Below, in pieces: positions 38,680-50,979 of a stretch of DNA of 64,000 bases. Both the position numbers and the translations under genes were made by a program. The notes beneath the pieces are model-generated. The model did no database searches. It was given only the letters and a program-made list of their open reading frames with translations, and was not told where the DNA came from. Within the stretch, counting starts at the first letter, position 1, and every line of letters starts with the position of its first letter. Source of the stretch: Octopus bimaculoides (Eukaryota); contig NC_068989.1 of NCBI RefSeq assembly GCF_001194135.2, forward strand, positions 70,011,286 through 70,075,285. The letters are read 5' to 3'.

Positions 38680-39380
38680 GAGATAAAAGAGCATGGCTGG
38701 ATACACTTATGTGCCTTTTCTGAAAATTTAGTATGGTACCAGCACAATCCAGGTTGTCTTCCAGAAGCTGAACGACCACGACTTGAGAGCGGGAACGAGC
38801 GCGGGAAAAAGGCTTGTTATCCGGCATAGAGCGTCCAACTGACGCGTGAGCTCTTCTAGTTTATCAGCAATGGCGTCATACGACAAGGAAGAGGATCAGG
38901 CTGCTGAAGTGGCCTCAGAACATAGACAGGCACCGCGTGAAGGTTGGCCGGAAAATTCTAGGATTTTATCGGCCAAGATTGTCCGCACGTCCGAAGGCAA
39001 TCTCGAAAAGAAAATTTTACGCAGAAGAGGAGTGTCAGTTGAATCTCCGCTCAACTCGCATAAGTGGCGTAAAAATTCTGACGGAGTTCTATCTCCCAAT
39101 TGCTCATCCGCCATGACCTCATTGAATCTGCTCTCAGCAGACTTGGTGTAACGACGTAAAATCTCCGCTTTTACGGAGATATTAGTGGCGTCAGGACTGG
39201 GAGACGTGACTAAATCCCTGGCGGAGGTGGAGAGTTGCAACGGCAAGTCACAATACAACAACTGTAACTGCTTTGAGGTAGGAATACCATGTGTGTCAAA
39301 ATATGCCTCCAATTGAGCAAACCACAAGGTTGCGTCACCTGTGAATGAAGGTAACATGTGGGAGAGCATAGTTCCTATCG
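38680..39380 (-). pseudogene. Gypsy gag relic
   Basis: LPSFTGDATLWFAQLEAYF...LGDRTPSEFLRHL...LLRKIFFSRLPSDVRTIL, then frameshifted CWYHTKFSEKAHKCIQPCSF, typical of this Gypsy gag group. Confidence 0.88.
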
Positions 39381-39873
39381 AAAACATGATTCCACCAAAG
39401 GAAAAAAAAAAGGAAAGAGACAATGAACAGAAGGTTCTCGTATATAAGATACGTGGACAGCAAAAGGAGTCCACCAAAGAAAAAAACGAAATTTTCTTTT
39501 TCGTGTTTTTTTTTTTGTATTGAAGTGTACACAGGAGAAAGAGAGAAAGAAAAAAATTTTTGTAAAGAAAAACAATGTGTTTGCCTTTTTTTTTTCCTCA
39601 GAGTGTGTGTGTGTGTGTGTGTGTTGCTTTTGTGTACTGTATGCAGGAACAAAATATCACCAACCTTGTCGCGCCGAAAGGTAAATATNNNNNNNNNNNN
39701 NNNNNNNNNNNNNNNNNNNNNNNNNNNNNNNNNNNNNNNNNNNNNNNNNNNNNNNNNNNNNNNNNNNNNNNNNNNNNNNNNNNNNNNNNNNNNNNNNNNN
39801 NNNNNNNGAGCCGAAAGGTAAATATAACAATAAAACAGGGTAGAAAGTTAAATGTGTGCGAGTCTGTCTAGCA

Positions 39874-40120
39874 CAGGGCTTTTCAAACTGTGGTCCGCAA
39901 GGACAAGACAGGGGGTCCGTGGACAGCAAATACTTTTTATGGGCAATTTGATTTTATATATGTTTTTTAATCGAAATCTTTTAATTGACAATAAACCTAT
40001 TTGTTAAATACTGTTAAATAAATAAATGTAAAAATATATGTTATTTTAAGCAACTATTTATGTATAAATTTCATAAGCGTTTATAAGGGGTCCGCAAGTC
40101 AAAAGGTTTGAAAACCCTTG
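39874..40120. mobile_element. hAT MITE nested in the Gypsy leader
   Basis: TIRs cagggcttttcaaact / ggtttgaaaacccttg; exact 8-bp TSD GTCTAGCA (39866-73, 40121-28). Confidence 0.92.
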
Positions 40121-41339
40121 GTCTAGCAGGACAGCCTTATAAATAAACACAAAGTCAAAAGTAACGTCTGTGGTGAAATATCGTGATTGAAAAGGAACCA
40201 CGAAAAGCACATGTAGTCGGGCGGAAGAGAACTGTTCAGTCGTTTGTCTCGTCTCGCGGTCTAAGGCTACTGTGGAAGCATGTGTAAGACAGGCGACGGA
40301 TTGTGTAGTATTGTAGTCGGTAGTACAGAGTTTCCTGGCTGCATTCATTCTTGTTTCGGGGTCACCAGTTGTAGGAGAAGTGGACATACACCATTCTGTG
40401 CATTCCAATTCCGTACATTAAATTTCTTAAGGAAGAAAACGGAACGCAGACTCTAAACTAAACAGCACAACAATATTTTATTACGGCAGAAATCCGCTCA
40501 CACGAGGAGGGGATTCGGTAGCATGTCGCTCTTTGTTTAGATGAGACGTTGTCTTGAAGTCGCGTAGCTGGAAGTCATTGTTGTCCTCTCTGGTTATCTA
40601 TGTGGATCCAATTTAGTGTTGACGGAGAGCTGCTATTGTGACGTCTAGCTTCCACGAACTCCAGCTAGCAAAAGAGGTAGAGAGACGCGGGAACGCTTGG
40701 ATATTGGATGACCACGCATGAGGGACTTCCTGCATTCCTTCCGGAAAACTAGTCCCTGCGCATGCGTGGATAAACTCTCCAAAATGGTGACTGGTATTAG
40801 GCGCCACTACAATTATATTGACATCCTGCAACGGTGTACAAATGTGCCGATAACTGGAACAAGATACTCAACTTATTAGAAGTTATCATCTTAAAAATGG
40901 GCGGACCGGGGGAGGGCTGAGGAGCACGTACCCCACTCAAGAAAAGAAATGTGCCCTTCTAAATAATGTTATTACGCCTTTTTCTCCTGGAATTGTATTC
41001 CCTTCTGNNNNNNNNNNNNNNNNNNNNNNNNNNNNNNNNNNNNNNNNNNNNNNNNNNNNNNNNNNNNNNNNNNNNNNNNNNNNNNNNNNNNNNNNNNNNN
41101 NNNNNNNNNNNNNNNNNNNNNNNCTGCTAAAAGTATTAATGCAAATTAATCTTTTTCGTTTTCATCCAACCACAAAACTTAATCTGAAAATTTTCAAAAA
41201 ATGTACTTTATATATAATTTTGCATGCTGATGACGAATACCGCAGTTATTATTTTGGAAAGCTTATAAATTTTCATATTTAATTTACATATGAATTTCAA
41301 ACCGGAGTCTTCATAGCAGCAGTCGAAATTATTTGGCAA

Positions 41340-41820
41340 CTCCAGTATATCGTTGTTTACTCATACTGTTGTAGGTGTGACAGGACTGGCATCTACTAGG
41401 TTTTGTAAGGAGGAATTAGAGATTGGTATCACTTTCGCAGTAGACTATAAATATTATTTACTGGAGATTTGCGCGGAAGATTTGCTTCACAATCCAGTGA
41501 TGATTGATGGTGGTCTCGGTAGAATTGCTGAAACAGACGAAACTGTATTTTCAAGGAGAAAATACAATCGGAGTTCGAATGGTTAATCGAACAGTGGGTT
41601 TTCGGCGGTGTGCGTCGCGAGACTCGAGAACTTTCTTTTTTCTTTTCGCTGTGCCCTCTCGAGATTGTGATACATTCACAGATTGCATTCGACAATCAAT
41701 TCTGCTGCCAACAACTTTTTATTGTGGCCTCTGGCGCACATACTCGCATATTCCTGAGATACAACTGATGACACCATTACGACGACAAAACATTCAACGA
41801 CGGAAGTTTTCATAAAGTCA
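41340..41820 (+). mobile_element. Merlin / ISXO2-like DDE transposase relic
   Basis: YLLEICAEDLLHNP...GGLGRIAETDETVFSRRKYNR; EQWVFGGVRRETR; FFLFAVPSRDCDTF..CIRQSILLPTT, matching IS1016/Merlin GG.G..VEIDES...RKYNRG, QWVFGG and ILPGT motifs; frameshifted. TIRs not identified. Confidence 0.82.
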
Positions 41821-42929
41821 TGTGAAATGTTGAAAGAAGCATGTGACACGAAAACAATAACTGAATGTTAAATTACAGAAAAATTAACTACAATTCAGTT
41901 CATGTAAAAAATACATATTTTATAGCAAGGTCGTTAAATTACGAGAAAATAAATTGTAGTGCAGTTCATGTAGGAAAAAACAACGTGAACTACACGTGGT
42001 TGAACCGGGCAGCAAGAGACGAGTAAGCAGACTACACAACAGCTTGGCTTGCTACAATCGAATCAGGCACCAATGTGACTGTGGGTTTCAATTGGCTAAA
42101 ACTACCCAAAATTGACAAACTTTAAAAGCTATTTATGGTAAAAATAATAATTTCATTTCACAATTAGCATACAAAATTACATCAATACACAAAATTTGAT
42201 ATCAACTGGAATAAAATTGAAGGTATTGAAACGTGAAACCCCCAAAATCCTTTTCATGTTTGTTTTGTTTTCTTTCATTAAATTCTTTTTAATATATATT
42301 TTTAAAAAAGCTTCTCTTTTCGTTTGTTTACTTTCGTTAAACTCTTTTTTAATAAAAACTATTCAATTTTCACGGTTCCCTTTGATTGCATTTCCAGCGA
42401 CAGTCTGTTTGTTACCATGACAATTATGACAGCAAATAGTTTCTATTATCGCATGTGAGGATATGGATTCCTCTTTGTGTTGAAAATTTGAAGACAATCC
42501 ATTGAGAATTGAAAAATCTTCAAACAGCTGGGGGAAAAAAGCGAAAAAAGATCCACGCAATTCATTATTAGCTATACTTGCATATATATATGTATAGCAA
42601 GTTATACATACATACATACATACATACATACATACATACATACGGATTACAAATGTACATTTATACCAATAATAATTGGAGCACTTGGTTTTGTGAGTAA
42701 GTGCTTAACTGTCAATCTGGATAAGTGTGTGTTTTCAGAAAAAGAAAGCAACCGATTCGCGCATTACAAATACAATCTGTAAGAGGAACGGAAAAACTAA
42801 GCTAGCCTTTTCGCGTGTTTAAAATGTGACATTGTTTTCGTTATCTACATTCCAAAGATGGAGCTTTGTATCTTTCTTAGAAACCAACTCTTTCTTCAGA
42901 GGAAAAATTTAGATGATTAAAAACAGAAG

Positions 42930-43170
42930 GTACAAGCATACATGCATGGGTTAAGAGAATATTGGTGGAACTTAAGAATTAAAACATCCACCAAGTTGAA
43001 ACACAAACGGCCAGATATTATTGAGTGAGACCACAAAAAAAAGTAATGTTCTGTTGTGGAATCACCTGCCCTCTGGACACCAATGTGGTTAGAAAAATAC
43101 AAGAGAAAGAAGACATCTATGGACCATTGATAAGGAATTTGCAAATCCAATACCCACGATACACTTTATA
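42930..43170 (+). mobile_element. LINE relic with restriction-like endonuclease (R4/NeSL/R2-type)
   Basis: WWNLRIKTSTKLKHKRPDII..DHKKK...GITCPLDTNVVRKIQEKEDIYGPLIRNLQ matches the REL pattern RPD...D..CP.D.N...K..EK...Y..L. Confidence 0.75.
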
Positions 43171-45565
43171 TATACACAAACAGAGAGAAGTAGGTGTATG
43201 TGTGTGCGCGCAGGAACGCATGTATGTGTGATCCCTTGTCTTAAGATTATGCTATAGATGTAAGCGACTATCACTATCATACAAGCGGTGTTGTTCGTAT
43301 CCAATCTTCTATGATAAATGTGTCTAGCCACAGAGAAATATTACTTTACTTGGAGAGAGGTGAGGGTTGGCGACAGAAAGGATATCCGGCCGTCTCCTTC
43401 AACAATTTACTTTTGTCCCGTGTAAGCATAGAAACATAGACGTCAAACGATGATGATGGTGAGAAAAGCTGACTGAAAAGTTTCAACTTGCTCATCGCTA
43501 TGAGATTGCCATAGTCTGATATCGTGATGATAGCGAGCTGTGTGTGTGCGTGTGTGTGTGTGGATATTTACAAACAATTATCATGCAATTGAATTAGCAT
43601 TTCTTAATTCTTGCCTTGAATATACATAAATATTACATAATTGTTAAAGAGGACAACAAACATTAAGGCAAGACAAACATCTCAAATACTCTGTATTATT
43701 TCCCTAAAGTTTTACGAAAAATTGGAATCTCCATTGGTACTACCAGTTGACCGATGAAACAGACTTCCACTGTGACATAAACTTAATGCCAAAGATAATT
43801 ATGATATTGTCAGATGTCATTCGCAAGCTGGGATGGTGACGTGTACCATGCTAATAAGCAGTGCAAGTAGACACAGACAGCTTGCTCGTTCAGCCCTTTT
43901 CTAACGGAATATCCAGAACGTAACACCTTGAAGGACAGAGGGTTATATCAACGCCAAATCGGTATTCATTATAGAGCGAGTAGCCTGGAATAACGTAGAA
44001 TGAAGTGCTTGTCCAAGGACACAACACAGCCCGGTCCGATCCAGGAATTGAACCCGTAACCACTTGGCTACACGCTTTCAAGATATAGCCTAAGGGAAGA
44101 GAAAAGAAATTGTGTGTCGTTAATATCTTTCTGAAATTGTGTCTTTACTCAGGTATCGAAAGTGAGTCGTAGATTCTATTTTGTTGGAAACTTTACCGCG
44201 ATCTACTTTACAATGAGGCGCGTGTTTTCATATTTAAAGCAGCCGATGATGAATTGTGATATCTCTCCTACACACAATATGAACGTCATTTAATTCATGT
44301 GATGTTAAGTAATTTAGGATCAAAGACGAAAAACAAAGTGTTTTGTAAATTGTAAAGAGTTGTAGGTCTAATTTAGGAAACTTACTTTCTTGTACACGTT
44401 AGAGTAAAAACACAATTCTAAGAAAAAGTAAGGAATTAATTCCTGATATCAGATTCTAAGAAGACAGGACAAAGCTGACAAAGTTGGGCGAATGTATGAT
44501 CCTAAATTTCCTTTCCTCATTACAATATCTGTTACTTTTAATAAAGTTGCAATTCGTCAAACAGGATGTTTTCTCTATGTGAAAATGACACTGAATATAT
44601 TAGCTATAAATTAAAAGTGCAGCAATAAGTTTTGAACAAGCAGCTTGAAATAACAACTTAGGGAAGTGGAATGAAACTGAAGGGATTGGGTTTGTGTATT
44701 TACGAAGTTATTTAATGACAGTGTACAGCACATTACTGACCTCTAAGCAGTAGTTCTGCAACAGAAGCACACTCGATGATTTGCATACGTTTTCCAAGTG
44801 ATCAACAAGAATCCAAGACAGCAGTATAGTTTCAAGTTGATAAGAGGTGATAAATGCAAATGAAATTAGTAAAATGGCTTTCAATAACCAGTTACTGTTA
44901 CTTTAACAACGCTATGTTATTTGTTTCTTAACTACCGTTATTCCCAGTTTTGTAGACGTTAAGCTGTTGAGAAGTATCACTTACACCAGCTAGAATCTAT
45001 GGTAGATTTCGTCACATTAATGGAACATGTTGTTGTTGTTTAACCCTTAAGTCAATTCTGGTTAAGCAAACTTTGGTTAAAAGACCTTCCTATCATGACC
45101 ACCACACTTTTTAAAATCTACATTGCATTGTCTTCGATATCCAACATTATTCGAGTCAACAGAGTTTGATTTGAGGATTCACACGAAAAAGATTTTTGCA
45201 ACGAACCGTTTACTTGAATGGATTATCAGACCAATGCCATCGCTACTATCACTCCTCTCCCTCTATCTCTACTTCATTATTCCAGAGAGAGAGAGAGAGA
45301 GGGGGGAGAGAAGTCTGACAGAGACTGAGAAATGAAAGATTAAAAAGAGAGTGCAAGAGGAACAAAGACAGTTTTATTTTGAAACAAACGTGGTTTTGAA
45401 TCCTGATACTACCACTTTGTATGTTCTTCCTGTCTAATGACGAACAATAATATATACGATTATGTGGGTCGTTTTGTAATTTCCGACATACGTAGACAAC
45501 TCTCTTTCACACACGCACGCACGTGCGCGCGCACACACACATACATACATACATACATACATACA

Positions 45566-45597
<32 letters not shown>

Positions 45598-46069
45598 ATA
45601 TAAATTGAACATGGGCTACCATTGTATTCTTTCTTGTCTCGAGGTTCACGGCCAAACGGCTGGGGTGGATTCGCGTGAAAAATGGCACACATGTGGAGAC
45701 GGATGCATAGATTGGAACGCGCTTTGTATTTTTTCCTAGCCCCCATAGTTACCGACAAAATCGATTAAAACAACCTGCGTGCGTGTATGTGAGTGCACAT
45801 ATATATATCAAGAAAAATGGATCAAGAGTCCTTTCCGAGTCATAGGCTCATAAACCGGGACAGGACGCCGGTCCGTCACTGGATTACTCATTTTTGCCAT
45901 TGAGTGGATTGGAACAACGTGAAATGAAGTGTTTTACTCAAGACTACAACGCCTCGTCTGGTCCAGGTGTTGAAACCATAATCTTACCATGACGAATGCA
46001 ATACTCTAAACACTAAGCCACACACGCACACACACACACACACACATTTAAATACACAGNNNNNNNNNN

Positions 46070-46100
<31 letters not shown>

Positions 46101-46113
46101 TTAAATACACAGG

Positions 46114-46168
<55 letters not shown>

Positions 46169-46253
46169 GGGGAGAGAGAGATGACAAATTGTTTTCCTCG
46201 CTGCATAAATATTTATCGTTACTTTATAAATGCGCCATAGTAAAGGTGCGTAG

Positions 46254-46390
46254 CTTAGTGGTTAGAGTGTTGGACCCATGATAGTAAAATTGTGGTTTCA
46301 ATTCCTAGACCGAGCGATGCATTGTGTTCTTCAGAAAAACACTTCATTTCACGGTGGTCCAGTCCACTCGACTGGCAAAAATGAGTATTC
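46254..46390 (+). repeat. SINE family B head
   Basis: ggtgcgtagcttagtggttagagtg...ggtttcaattcc...cacttcatttcacg...ctggcaaaaatgagta. Confidence 0.7.
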
Positions 46391-46679
46391 CGGCGACGGA
46401 AACCGGTAAACTGGTAAACCAGTCACATGAGACGATAAAACTCGAGAAGAAGCTTTATCCTATTATCGTCCCATGTATTTAATATACTACAACAAACTTA
46501 ACAAAATTCACCTATTAAAAAAATAAAGTACTGGGCTCGATTCTTCAAAGCGGTGCCCCAGCAAGGCCACAGTCTAATGACAGAAACAAGTAAAGGGTAG
46601 AATATATTAAGGTTTATCGAATAATCCTTGACTTTTATGGTGCTTCAGGCTGTATATCATCACTATAGTCAATTTTAAG

Positions 46680-46885
46680 GCGGCGAACTGGCAGAACCGT
46701 TAGCATACCGTACGAAATTCTTAGTGGCATTTCGTCCAGCTTTACGTTCTGAGCTCAATTTCAACCGATGTCGACTTTGTCTTTTATCCTCTGAGGGTCA
46801 ATAGAATAAGCACCAGTCAAGTATTGAAGTCGATGTAATTGACTTTCCCCTCTCCTCAAAAATTGCTAGTCCTGTCCTGGAATTT
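46680..46885 (+). repeat. tRNA-derived SINE family C copy
   Basis: ggcggcgaactggcagaaccgttagc...ttacgttctgagctcaatttc...gtcgactttg...gatgtaattgact...aatttgaaac; related copies at 48273-48460 and 24690-24890. Confidence 0.75.
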
Positions 46886-47282
46886 GAAACTATTACGATA
46901 ACCAATTTTCTGATTGGGTGGTTTTTCTTTTATAATATTGTATTAATTCATCTAGTTTTATTATTCTATATATTGAATAGTTGTTTTATTTAACGATTCA
47001 TTTTCTTGGGTAATTCAATTCCCCACATCGTCTTCTATCACACATCCACTACAACTTTACACTGGTAGATTGATAAAACACCAAGTTTACTATATTTAAT
47101 GAAACAGAAAATGTTTTAACTCAAGTGATGTTGTATGAATCTGAAAATATTTTTTGTTGTATCTGTGGAAAATAATTGGATTTTGTAAGGGTGATAAAAA
47201 ATCATACAGTTAATCATAAATTTGAAGAACTTACGGTCAATGTCCTTTAAGAGTACACGAAGGGTAAGAGAATTCGTTAAGT

Positions 47283-48273
47283 TAGTGGTTCTCAGGCTGA
47301 ATGACGGGAACTAAGCCAATGTTTTCAGTGTCAACGAGAAGAAAGAGATATTCTTAAACCAGTTGTTCCGAGCTTCGATAAGACAAAAGAAAGGTCTTTA
47401 GGGCAAAGGTTCTCAGGTTGAATGAGAGGAAATAAAAGTCCTAGGGACAGTTTGCATGACAGAAACAAGAACCCTGAAGCCAGTGGGTCTCATGGTAAAC
47501 GAAAGGAAAGAGAACTCTTGGGACCAGTGGATCTTAAAGTGAACAAGAGGAAAAAAGACTCGTGTGGTCATTAGGTCTCAGGTTGAATTGGAGGAAAGCG
47601 ATAACTTCTGGCTAATGGATCTCAAGTTGAACAAGAAGAAAGAGAAGTTCTGAAGCTAGTTACAGTGGATCACAGTTTGAATGAGTAGTCCTTAGCACAG
47701 TAGTTTTCCTTTTGACCAAGAATAAAGAAAATTCGTCAGGACAGTGGTTCCTAGTTCTGCCGAGAGGATGAATTTGTTCTTAGGGCAGTAGCTGTCAGTT
47801 TAAACGAGAGGAAATAGGAGTCATGAAGCAAGTGGCTGTCCTGGTTAACTGAAAGAAAAATAATGAGGGTAGTGTTTCTCAGATAAAGGAATCCTGAGGC
47901 CAGTAGTTGTCAAGTAGAACGAAAGAAAGGAAATGGAAGTTCTTAGGACAGTTCTTTTCAACTTACACAACAGAAAAGAGGAATCCTGAAGCCAATGATT
48001 CTCAGATCAAATGCGAAGACAGCGAAGTTCTTAGACCAGTGGTTTTCAGGTTGATTGTGAATGAATAAGAACCATAAGAGGAAAAATGAATCCATGTGAT
48101 AGTGGTTCTAAAGTTGGATGCGAGAAAATTGAATCCTTGAGAAATGGTTCTCAAGTTAACCGGGAGGAAAGGGAAGTTCGTATGTCAGTTGTTCTCCGGT
48201 CGAATGAAAGAAAAGAGGCGTCCTTAAACCAGTGCTTCTCAAACTGAATGAGAAACAAGATGAGCCCTGAAGC
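47283..48273. repeat. Degenerate 44-bp tandem array (~23 units)
   Basis: CAGTGGTTCTCA-like motif recurs at 47360/47404/47448, 47481/47525/47569/47613, 47742/47786/47830, 47949/47993/48037 and 48142/48186/48230. Confidence 0.85.
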
Positions 48274-50293
48274 ACACCGGGCAAAATACTTAGCGGCATT
48301 TTGTCCGTCTTCACGTTCTGAATTCAAATTATGTCGAGGTAGACTTTGCCTCTTATCCTTTCAGGGTTGATAAGATAAGTGCCAGTTGAACACTGGGATC
48401 GATGTAATCGACTTATTCCCGGCCCGAAATTGCTGGCTTTGTGTCAAAATTTGAAACCGTTATTATAATTATCATCGGAAGTTATTGTTATTATCATCTG
48501 CAGTTCATGGCTTTGGCATAAAAAATAAACCAGTTAAAACTTTCCTCTTACAACCAAACAATATCCCACTAATCATTTGTAGAACTGATATCAACGTATG
48601 GGATGCTTGACTGACCTGTAAAGGAAATCTGCTCCATATATATTAAACCCCGCAGGGTCCTGACATTTAGTGCAAACCTCTGTAGAAACAATAGAAACAA
48701 TCACTGCTTCGAAATTTGCAGCCTATTTACTCTGCTTATAAATTCACATTTACACCTCTAATTATTTGTGCACTTTATTATTATTATTATTAATTGTTTA
48801 AAAGACAATCTGGTAAAGGTCGTATTTTCAATCAAGAAGGAGACACGCACTTTACACAATCTTTAGGTGGAACAGCAAAAACATGCAAGACTTTTCTAAA
48901 GTTCAACACGTAGTACTTGTTGTTGTTATTATCCAACGATGGAGCTTTATTTCTTTCTTGCAAATTCTTAGAAACCAAGTCCTTCTTTGTAAGAAGAATT
49001 CTAATGATTAAAAACAAAAAGATGCACACACACTTATATACGCACACACACACACATATTTGTATCCTCTATTATTCTATCTTTTAATGGTGAATATGAT
49101 CACTCTGCTGTATTTTCAAACTATATTACTTGAGGCACTGCAAGTTATTTTTGATCGACTATATCGACTCCAGCGCTTATTTAAGTCTATTTCTATATTT
49201 TCTGAATTCACAATTTAAAACAATCACATCATTGACTCGATACACACATACATACATACATACATACATACAAACATACATACATACATACATACATACA
49301 CACGCACGCACACAAACACACACACACATACACACCTATGTATATGTATATATATCGTGCAAATGTACAAAAAAAGACAAAAGACAGACGGGTGTGGGGA
49401 CAACAAATAAGGTGTACTAGTTTGACGCTCAGGAAAAATAGAAAAGTCTTTGACATTTCGAGCCTATTCTCTTCATATAAACAATCTATATTTCTACTGA
49501 ACTTTTGTCCATTTAATTTATATCTTCACGGATAAATTAATGTTTTAATTAGTTAATCTTAATTTAAATGCTAACACATGAGCTGTCAATGTCGTGTAGT
49601 TAGGAAATTCGTTTTTCAATCATGTATTTCTGGGTTCGGACCGGTGCGGCTTTGGTTGTTCAGCGCACATAAAAACTTAAATTTGTCAGCTCAACACAAT
49701 CCTTACTTTCCTGGATAACTTTTAAATTTTTAGGGATACAAATTCAGTACTACAATTATAGCTGTCTCAAGCTACCTATGACCCTACTCTCTATATATAA
49801 TTTGAGAAACAAGCCTCTATCCGTGTTGTGTGTCGCTAATTTTCTCTTCTACTTCTGTCTATCACGTCTTCCATTTTCTCAATGAATCATTTCTCATGCG
49901 TTTCTGTCCTCCGCACATGCTTATATATCAATATCGAAAGACTGTATTTCATATGACATCTTTCAGCGCCAGTAAATGTTTTCGTACTACCACTACTATC
50001 ACCAATACTACAACCATCACCACTACTACTGCACCATTCCCACTATCATTATCGTGAACGTGACATCATTGTACAGCATGACAGATGTATATGATTATGG
50101 TATTAATTGTAACACTAGGCAGTAGTGATAGTGAAAAGTACTCACACTCGTTTTTACATCCCTTCTCTTTTTTTATTCTTCCATACAGGTTTTTTCTCTA
50201 TCACACATGCATACACACATACATATCAACGCGTGCAAATGTGTGTCAATGTGACTTGTTTCACGCTACATGCATGTCAAGAATTGCTTCAAT

Positions 50294-50295
<2 letters not shown>

Positions 50296-50368
<73 letters not shown>
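50296..50368. repeat. (CT)n microsatellite
   Basis: Direct reading. Other long microsatellites: (TA)n ~1227-1260, (CATA)n ~45540-45595, (GATA)n ~46115-46166, (GT)n ~50926-50990, (TAG)n ~59167-59202, (GT)n ~62670-62770. Confidence 0.95.
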
Positions 50369-50373
<5 letters not shown>

Positions 50374-50924
50374 TTGTCTCTCATGTTTTGTCTATCTGCC
50401 TTGGTGAAATCCAAACTGCAGGCTTGCTGGTGATTGACGAATCCGACACAAAATTAACAAGGTCCAGCAGTTGTAAAGAAACTTCTTTATTGAGTTCAAT
50501 GTTGCTTAGCTACGGCTCTTTTTCAGTTTTCTTTTGACCTCAAGGTCAACCCTAAGTATTTTCTCGAAAGACGAGATAGACTATTGAATAGTGCGTCTTC
50601 ACGGTAAATATATTTATTTTAGTCACCACACTTACTCTTTGGCATATCCTTGGGTGAATACTTATCTCGCTCTCTCATACACACACATACATGTACGTGC
50701 ATACATACTTCACATGCACGTACGCACGCACGCACGCGCACACACACATGAACACGTGCACAGAAAACTCCCCAGAACACTGCCTAGAGAATAGATAACA
50801 CTTGATACTTCAATTACACATAATATATATATTCTTGGTAAACTAATCGTATCCTCTTCAAAGTGCCGCGATCAGGAAATTAGATAGTCTTTGCTGATCA
50901 AATGATTATCATTAATTGGGTGAT

Positions 50925-50979
<55 letters not shown>

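Larger units (their letters stand above)
37737..40811 (-). mobile_element. Ty3/Gypsy LTR retrotransposon, multiply deleted
   Basis: 4-bp TSD ATTA (37733-36, 40812-15); 5' LTR 40370-40811 with TGTAG...CTACA ends; PBS TGGTGACCCCGA (40356-40367, minus strand); truncated 3' LTR 37737-37886 (3 mismatches in 150 bp versus 40370-40519); gag, protease, RT and integrase relics in between. Confidence 0.93.

Noticed and set aside
47283-48273. CRISPR array
   Set aside because: Eukaryotic context, no cas genes, repeats too degenerate, and the 'spacers' are homologous to one another.
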